From a virus (taxonomy: Duplodnaviria > Heunggongvirae > Uroviricota > Caudoviricetes): a DNA stretch of 12,526 bases. Position numbers and translations under genes: made by a program. The stretch lies in the IMG/VR virus record IMGVR_UViG_2671180012_000008; one strand, given 5' to 3'. This document shows positions 8,140 through 12,526 of the stretch, piece by piece; within the stretch, counting starts at the first letter, position 1, and every line of letters begins with the position of its first letter. The notes below the pieces were generated by a model, which ran no database searches, was not told the origin of the DNA, and worked only from the letters and a program-made list of their open reading frames with translations.

Positions 8140-8458
8140 AAACGGGGTCCGAAGCCATTCGGGCGCTGGCCACACAGCTCCCGGCGTTTCGTCAGAAACT
8201 GAGCGACGGCTGGTATCAGGTACGGATTGCCGGGCAGGATGTCAGCACGTCCGGATTAACGGCGCAGTTACATGAGACTCTGCCTGATGGCGCTGTGATT
8301 CATATTGTTCCCAGAGTCGCCGGGGCCAAGTCAGGTGGCGTATTCCAGATTGTCCTGGGGGCTGCCGCCATTGCCGGATCATTCTTTACCGCCGGGGCCA
8401 CCCTTGCAGCATGGGGGGCAGCCATTGGGGCCGGTGGTATGACCGGCATCCTGTTTTC
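8037..8458 (+). CDS. I: Lambda-like tail assembly protein gpI, N-terminal 140 codons
   Basis: Translation MAATHTLPLASPGMARICLYGDLQRFGRRIDLRVKTGSEAIRALATQLPAFRQKLSDGWYQVRIAGQDVSTSGLTAQLHETLPDGAVIHIVPRVAGAKSGGVFQIVLGAAAIAGSFFTAGATLAAWGAAIGAGGMTGILF, near-identical to lambda I. Confidence 0.9.
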
Positions 8459-8468
8459 NNNNNNNNNN

Positions 8469-8576
8469 TCCGCCCGGTGTGTCCATATCGAGCAGAATGC
8501 CGTCCACCATCGGGTCGCTGGCAGCCTGTTGCAGACGGGCGATAATGCCGTTGTAACCGGTCATCCCCGAGTACGG
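8469..8576 (-). CDS. C: Lambda-like capsid assembly protease gpC (S49 / ClpP-like peptidase), internal fragment
   Basis: Translation PYSGMTGYNGIIARLQQAASDPMVDGILLDMDTPGG, matching lambda C around the S49 peptidase fold. Confidence 0.8.
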
Positions 8577-8586
8577 NNNNNNNNNN

Positions 8587-8697
8587 TGCCAGCGTCGCGA
8601 GTGCCTCCTGGGCAGTCAGGCTGTCGCCGGACACCGCATCCGTCAGGCGGCTGATCCCAAGCTGGCCTGCAAGCGCACAAAAGAAAACCCGCGCATA
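8587..8697 (-). CDS. C: Lambda-like gpC, more N-terminal fragment
   Basis: Translation YARVFFCALAGQLGISRLTDAVSGDSLTAQEALATLA. It is in the same orientation and order as the previous block, consistent with one gene having a missing internal piece under the 10 N. Confidence 0.75.
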
Positions 8698-8886
8698 NNN
8701 NNNNNNNGATAACTTTCCCGTTATTACCGTTGATTTCCGTGCCAGTGGAATCCTTGCCGTCAACGGTGGTTTTGCCGCTGTTATTCGCNNNNNNNNNNAG
8801 CCAAAGCGCGCAAACTGGAACAGCAACAGGCTAATGCGGAACCAGAAGAACAGGTTGATCCGCGCAAAGCCGCCGTNNNNNNNNNN

Positions 8887-8964
8887 CTTGAGCGCCAGTA
8901 GCGCAGCTTCCTCGGCAACGGCGGCAGGAAATTCCGCGAAGGCCGCAAAAACGTCTGAGACGAA
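8887..8964 (+). CDS. Possible side tail fibre (Stf-like) N-terminal low-complexity repeat region, short fragment
   Basis: Translation LSASSAASSATAAGNSAKAAKTSET resembles the Ala/Ser-rich repeat (..SSAGRAASSATAAENSARAAKTSETN..) of the lambda side tail fibre. Only 26 codons are present. Confidence 0.45.
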
Positions 8965-8974
8965 NNNNNNNNNN

Positions 8975-9137
8975 CCAAAAACAGAGAAAGGAAACGACAG
9001 AGGCCCAAAAGCTCGTTTTCAGCACCTGTCGTTTCCTTTCTTTTCAGGGGGTATTTTAAATAAAAACATTAAGTTACGACGAAGAAGAACGGAAATGCCT
9101 TAAACCGGAAAATTTTCATAAATAGCGAAAACCCGCG
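8975..9137 (-). promoter_or_regulatory. cosB / Nu1 leader region of a lambda-like cos site (terminase small-subunit binding region); Nu1 itself lies beyond the gap
   Basis: The reverse complement reads CTCGCGGGTTTTCGCTATTTATGAAAATTTTCCGGTTTAAGGCATTTCCGTTCTTCTTCGTCGTAACTTAATGTTTTTATTTAAAATACC..., near-identical to the first 180 nt or so of the lambda genome. Confidence 0.8.
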
Positions 9138-9149
9138 AGGTCGCCGCCC
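9138..9149 (-). other. cosN 12-nt cohesive-end sequence
   Basis: Plus-strand AGGTCGCCGCCC is the reverse complement of the lambda cohesive end GGGCGGCGACCT, followed by CGTAACCTGTCGG, the reverse complement of the lambda right end. Confidence 0.85.
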
Positions 9150-9348
9150 CGTAACCTGTCGGATCGCCGGAAAGGACCCGCAAAATGATAATAATTATCA
9201 TCTGCATGTCACAACGTGCATCTACGCAATCAAACCACGTCAAATAATCAATTATGACGCAGATATCGTATTAATTGATCTGCATCAACTTAACGTAAAA
9301 ACAACTTCAGACAATACAAATCAGCGACACTGAATACGGGACAACCTC

Positions 9349-9582
9349 ATGTCAACGAAGAACAGAACCCGCAGAACAACAACCCGCAACATCCGCTTTC
9401 CTAACCAAATGATTGAACAAATTAACATCGCTCTTGATCAAAAAGGGTCCGGGAATTTCTCAGCCTGGGTCATTGAAGCCTGCCGCCGGAGACTGTGCTC
9501 AGAAAAAAGAGTTTCTCCTGAAGCAAACAAAGAAAAGAGTGACATTACTGAATTGCTCAGAAAACAGATCAGACCAGATTGA
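9349..9582 (+). CDS. Small basic ribbon-helix-helix-like protein (77 aa), function unknown
   Basis: Complete ORF ATG 9349 to TGA 9582. N-terminus MSTKNRTRRTTTRNIRFPNQMIEQINIALDQKGSGNFSAWVIEACRRRL has the Arc/MetJ/CopG pattern of a basic tail, beta strand (NIRFP), then two helices. The SD is weak. Confidence 0.6.
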   Translation: MSTKNRTRRTTTRNIRFPNQMIEQINIALDQKGSGNFSAWVIEACRRRLCSEKRVSPEANKEKSDITELLRKQIRPD

Positions 9583-9638
9583 AGCAATTTAGATAATCGT
9601 GCAGACTACGCCCCTCATATCACATGGAAGGTACTACA

Positions 9639-10049
9639 ATGGCTCAGGTTGCCATTTTTAAACAAATATTCGATAAAGTGCGAAAAGATTTAAACTGTGA
9701 ATTGTTTTATTCTGAACTAAAACGTCACAACGTCTCACATTATATTTACTATCTAGCCACAGATAATATTCACATCGTGTTAGAAAACGATAACACTGTG
9801 TTAATAAAAGGACTTAAAAAGGTTGTAAATGTTAAATTCTCAAGAAACACGCATCTTATAGAAACGTCCTATGATAGGTTGAAATCAAGAGAAATCACAT
9901 TTCAGCAATACAGGGAAAATCTTGCTAAAGCAGGAGTTTTCCGGTGGGTTACAAATATCCACGAACAAAAAAGATATTACTATACCTTTGATAATTCATT
10001 ACTCTTTACTGAAAACATACAGAGCACATCACAAATGTTTCCACACTAA
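9639..10049 (+). CDS. DUF1398-family protein (lambdoid putative envelope protein, YbcV-like)
   Basis: ATG at 9639 with SD GGAAGG 7 nt upstream (the track start at 9624 is less likely); TAA at 10047-10049. The C-terminal [42 protein letters not shown] fits the DUF1398 signature I recall. AT-rich coding sequence. Confidence 0.75.
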   Translation: MAQVAIFKQIFDKVRKDLNCELFYSELKRHNVSHYIYYLATDNIHIVLENDNTVLIKGLKKVVNVKFSRNTHLIETSYDRLKSREITFQQYRENLAKAGVFRWVTNIHEQKRYYYTFDNSLLFTENIQSTSQMFPH

Positions 10050-10317
10050 ACCATAACGTCCGGTTTCTTCTACCCCTGCACCGGACTGGCTGACATGAAG
10101 AGCAACCCCGCGTTCAGTTGACGCGTTAATAACCCGGTGTGCATCGTTTTTGATTATTCCCGCACACTCACGCAGAAGGAATTCCCCGTCGGGCTACGGT
10201 CATGGTTAATGCGGGAATACGGCGACGATACAGCGCATGATGTGTCAGGCTTGAATACCTTTATCCGTTAAAAGGGATATCAGTTAAGTTATCCCGTGTA
10301 GGGTATAAACCATTATC

Positions 10318-10344
10318 AAAGCCACTCTGTAGGGAGTGGCTTTT
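10318..10344 (+). terminator. Hairpin with flanking A and T runs (possible bidirectional intrinsic terminator) in the gene-free gap
   Basis: AAA GCCACTC TGTAGG GAGTGGC TTTT: a 7 bp perfect stem (10321-10327 and 10334-10340) with a 6 nt loop, flanked by AAA and TTTT. Confidence 0.4.
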
Positions 10345-10552
10345 GTAATGACAATAAAAAGCCCCGCGAATACGAGGCTAAATCCTGGTATTTGTAATGA
10401 CTGGCTCTTATCTCAACGCAGCCCCTTACCGCGCGCAAGATGCTCAATATCAAGCATCAGCAATGAGATATTTAATCTGGATTCACTCCAGAAGTGATCA
10501 CCACCCTGTCTACAGAGCCAGATGTGAAGGATGATGAGTAAAATTATCGCTA

Positions 10553-10694
10553 TCATCGAAGGCATTGCGTCCTGATATATTCCTGAAGCGTTCTCAGTGC
10601 TGTCTGGTCTCTGATGATTCCGTCCCGGATACCGAGAACGTTTCGTCCAGCAACTGGAGAGAGTTCGACGGTGGCATCATTGCCCATGCCGGAG
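10553..10694 (-). CDS. Rz: Rz-like i-spanin, C-terminal 46 codons
   Basis: Translation SGMGNDATVELSPVAGRNVLGIRDGIIRDQTALRTLQEYIRTQCLR then TGA; aligns in pattern with the lambda Rz C-terminus (..SGVDNAASPRLADTAERDYFTLRERLITMQKQLEGTQKYINEQCR), including the terminal QC-R. Confidence 0.65.
10594..10694 (-). CDS. Rz1: Embedded Rz1-like o-spanin, C-terminal part, in the +1 frame of Rz
   Basis: The alternative frame reads PAWAMMPPSNSLQLLDETFSVSGTESSETRQH then TGA at 10594-10596; the PAWxMxPP stretch resembles the proline-rich lambda Rz1 (PPPAWIMQPPPDW). Confidence 0.5.
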
Positions 10695-10704
10695 NNNNNN
10701 NNNN

Positions 10705-10741
10705 TGCCGATCTGACGTATGTCATTACCTATGAAATGTGA
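10705..10741 (+). CDS. U: Lambda-like tail terminator gpU, last 11 codons
   Basis: Translation [11 protein letters not shown] then TGA at 10739-10741, matching the gpU C-terminus; 7 nt before the V start as in lambda. Confidence 0.8.
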
Positions 10742-10748
10742 GGACGAT

Positions 10749-11038
10749 ATGCCTGTACCAAATCCAGCAATACCGGTGAAAGGTGCCGGAACCACCCTGT
10801 GGGTTTATAACGGGAGCGGCGACCCTTATGCGAACCCGCTTTCAGACGTTGACTGGTCGCGTCTGGCAAAAGTTAAAGACCTGACGCCCGGCGAACTGAC
10901 CGCTGAGTCCTATGACGACAGCTATCTCGATGATGAAGATGCAGACTGGACTGCGACCGGGCAGGGGCAGAAATCTGCCGGAGATACCAGCTTCACGCTG
11001 GCGTGGATGCCCGGAGAGCAGGGGCAGCAGGCGCTGCT
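10749..11038 (+). CDS. V: Lambda-like major tail protein gpV, N-terminal 96 codons
   Basis: Translation [96 protein letters not shown]. The true start is ATG 10749 (SD GAGGA), not the track start at 10719. Confidence 0.92.
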
Positions 11039-11048
11039 NNNNNNNNNN

Positions 11049-11162
11049 CACGCCGCATCCGACATCTAACGCCCGAGCCGGTTGCCTGATGCGACGCTGA
11101 CGCGTCTTATCAGGCCTACACCGCTGTGAAGTGCTCCACCCCGTAGGTCGGATAAGGCGGTT
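11049..11162. repeat. BIME-type cluster of REP (palindromic unit) elements in alternating orientation
   Basis: A complete REP GCCTGATGCGACGCTGACGCGTCTTATCAGGCCTAC at 11084-11119 is flanked by REP-like halves in inverse orientation (ACGCCGCATCCGACAT and CCCCGTAGGTCGGATAAGGCGGTT). This is a typical E. coli chromosomal intergenic repeat. Confidence 0.75.
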
Positions 11163-11172
11163 NNNNNNNNNN

Positions 11173-11427
11173 GACCGTGACCAGTTCAGCCGTATCCTGA
11201 ATCACGGTATCCGGCTGCGCTGATACCACCTCATTTTCATGCCCGGTCAGCACATTTTCCCGGCTGAGAGGGGTGTCCTGACCGGCAGTTTCATCCGTGT
11301 CATCAAGCTCTTCTTCCAGCTCTGCCACACGAAGCGCCAGTTCTTCTTTCGTTCCCGTCAAACTGACATCGCGGTTCAGTTGCTCACCCAGCTCCTGAAG
11401 ACGGGCAATCAGTTCATCTTTCGTCAT
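11173..11427 (-). CDS. FI: Lambda-like DNA-packaging protein gpFI, N-terminal 85 codons
   Basis: Translation MTKDELIARLQELGEQLNRDVSLTGTKEELALRVAELEEELDDTDETAGQDTPLSRENVLTGHENEVVSAQPDTVIQDTAELVTV. ATG at 11427 with SD GGAGGAG, 41 nt after the E stop as in lambda. Confidence 0.85.
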
Positions 11428-11448
11428 GAACTCCTCCACAGAGAGAAA

Positions 11449-11466
11449 ATGGCCCCGAAGGGCCAT
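11449..11466 (-). terminator. GC hairpin in the E-FI intergenic spacer (terminator-like; minus-strand reading is followed by TTTTCTCTCT)
   Basis: ATGGCCC, loop CGAA/TTCG, GGGCCAT: perfect 7 bp stem. It lies between the E stop (11469-11471) and the FI SD. Confidence 0.4.
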
Positions 11467-11468
11467 GA

Positions 11469-11556
11469 TTACGCCAGTTGAACGGACACGAACTCATCAG
11501 GGTCAGCCAGCAGCATCAGCGGTGCTGACTGAATCATGGTGAACTCACGCGCCGGA
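11469..11556 (-). CDS. E: Lambda-like major capsid protein gpE, last 28 codons
   Basis: Translation PAREFTMIQSAPLMLLADPDEFVSVQLA then TAA at 11469-11471. Confidence 0.75.
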
Positions 11557-11774
11557 NNNNNNNNNNAATTCACCACAGCGATGTGGTAACTTCGGTGAGA
11601 TTGTGAAAGTTTGCACTCATCGGGGAAGGGTGAGAACCTTCGACTAAGGTTCGATTCGAGCGAAAGCGAGAGAACGTTGCCACAGGCAACGGCCCGAAGG
11701 GTGAGGAGCGAAGCGACGAATAATCCTTCCCCCACCACCATCTCAAGCATTACCTCGAAATTTGAATTACCCCT

Positions 11775-11835
<61 letters not shown>

Positions 11836-11845
11836 NNNNNNNNNN

Positions 11846-11945
11846 CCGGATAAGCTGCTGCAGCTGATGCGGGTTCTCTTCATTCAGCAGGTTGCCCCAT
11901 TCATCATATTCTGCGCACCACGCTGTTGCCCCTTCCGTGCTGATG
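11846..11945 (-). CDS. Rhs core fragment (second copy, longer into the core)
   Basis: Translation [33 protein letters not shown] matches the conserved Rhs core shortly upstream of the core/toxin-tip boundary. Confidence 0.85.
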
Positions 11946-11955
11946 NNNNNNNNNN

Positions 11956-12266
11956 GCCGAAAGTAAAACGCAGACGGTCGATGTTTGCCGACGTGATGGC
12001 GCGGGTGATCGGCGTGTCATATTTCACTTCCGTACCCAGCACCGTCTCGGAGCCGGAGGATTCAAATCCCTCCGGCGGAGTCTGCTCCTGCTCACCAGCC
12101 CGGAACACCACCGTGACACCGGTGATGTTGGTATTCCCCTCACTGTCCAGCACCGGCGTACTGTTCAGCAGCACGCTTTTTAATCCATCCACCGGACCTT
12201 CAACCGGCCCTTCACTGATGGCGTCTATCACGCTCAGCATCTGGGATGATTTCAGGTTGTCCTTCG
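11956..12266 (-). CDS. J: Lambda-like J, N-terminal-region fragment
   Basis: Translation KDNLKSSQMLSVIDAISEGPVEGPVDGLKSVLLNSTPVLDSEGNTNITGVTVVFRAGEQEQTPPEGFESSGSETVLGTEVKYDTPITRAITSANIDRLRFTFG matches the lambda J N-terminal region. Confidence 0.88.
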
Positions 12267-12276
12267 NNNNNNNNNN

Positions 12277-12396
12277 GTCGGCCTGGAATTTATCCAGCGC
12301 ATCGTGCAGCGGTTGTGGGAACTCATAGTTACCGGTGTAGGTCACGCCGAAAGTCGGCACCACGCCGATGGTGTTTTCGTCACAGGCTTCAATCAT
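12277..12396 (-). CDS. gadA/gadB: Glutamate decarboxylase (GadA/GadB) internal fragment, copy 1
   Basis: Translation [40 protein letters not shown] matches the internal segment of E. coli GadA/GadB (..[24 protein letters not shown]..). The Met is internal. Confidence 0.88.
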
Positions 12397-12406
12397 NNNN
12401 NNNNNN

Positions 12407-12526
12407 ATCGGCCTGGAATTTATCCAGCGCATCGTGCAGCGGTTGTGGGAACTCATAGTTACCAGTGTAGGTCACGCCGAAAGTCGGCACCACGCCGATG
12501 GTGTTTTCGTCACAGGCTTCAATCAT
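12407..12526 (-). CDS. gadA/gadB: Glutamate decarboxylase (GadA/GadB) internal fragment, copy 2
   Basis: Same 40 codons as copy 1 with two synonymous third-position differences (ACC/ACT and GAC/GAT), consistent with the two gad paralogues. Confidence 0.88.

Noticed and set aside
6475-8974. Regularly spaced short blocks (about 80-110 nt) separated by identical-length N-runs, superficially like a repeat-spacer array
   Set aside because: The regular element is the N-run, not a sequence repeat. The blocks between are unrelated coding fragments (J, Rhs, FI, gpC, fibre-like), so this is not a CRISPR array.
9349-10049. RHH-like ORF plus downstream ORF as a toxin-antitoxin pair
   Set aside because: The genes are separated by 56 nt rather than overlapping, the downstream protein looks like the conserved lambdoid DUF1398 family rather than a known toxin fold, and both appear to be conserved right-arm genes. 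Not excluded, but there is no positive evidence.
10348-10497. 49 aa plus-strand ORF (MTIKSPANTRLNPGICNDWLLSQRSPLPRARCSISSISNEIFNLDSLQK) in the gene-free gap
   Set aside because: No SD, Ser/Pro/Arg-rich composition without hydrophobic core, and it begins 3 nt after a terminator-like hairpin; probably not a gene.
10719-10748. ORF-track start at 10719 for the gpV ORF and at 2052 for gpH, 9624 for the DUF1398 ORF, 4524/6294/2925 alternative starts
   Set aside because: These are first in-frame start codons chosen mechanically. The homology-supported starts are ATG 10749 for V and ATG 9639 for the DUF1398 ORF; the others are internal positions of truncated genes.
11116-11172. N-terminal extension MALRGHFLSVEEF upstream of FI in the ORF track, and read-through into the REP block
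   Set aside because: The extension crosses an N-run and overlaps the E-FI spacer hairpin. FI starts at ATG 11427 with its own SD.

Overview
This window is not one contiguous locus. It is 33 short sequence blocks joined by 32 runs of exactly 10 N, and neighbouring blocks are often on opposite strands or are overlapping variants of the same gene. Almost every block belongs to a sequence class that is multi-copy in Escherichia coli: lambda-like prophage late genes (C, D, E, FI/FII, U, V, G, H, K, I, J, side tail fibre, Rz/Rz1, cos), IS1, an ISAs1-family (H-repeat) transposase, Rhs core, gadA/gadB, an rrn operon terminator, a tRNA-Tyr locus and REP/BIME repeats. My reading is that this is a scaffold of collapsed-repeat contigs from an E. 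coli-like genome carrying several lambdoid prophages, so adjacency across any N-run should not be trusted. All protein calls rest on my own translation and recall of the lambda and E. coli proteins; no database search was run. I did not find a convincing undescribed system. The only internally contiguous stretch with genes of unclear function is the cos-proximal block 8975-10694 (a ribbon-helix-helix ORF plus a DUF1398-like ORF, with a roughly 500 bp gene-free gap where lambda carries bor). Other points worth a second look are a tail-fibre frame break at a T5 homopolymer, a tail-to-head transposase junction with an SD-sequestering hairpin, a toprim primase fragment, and several unassigned short blocks.
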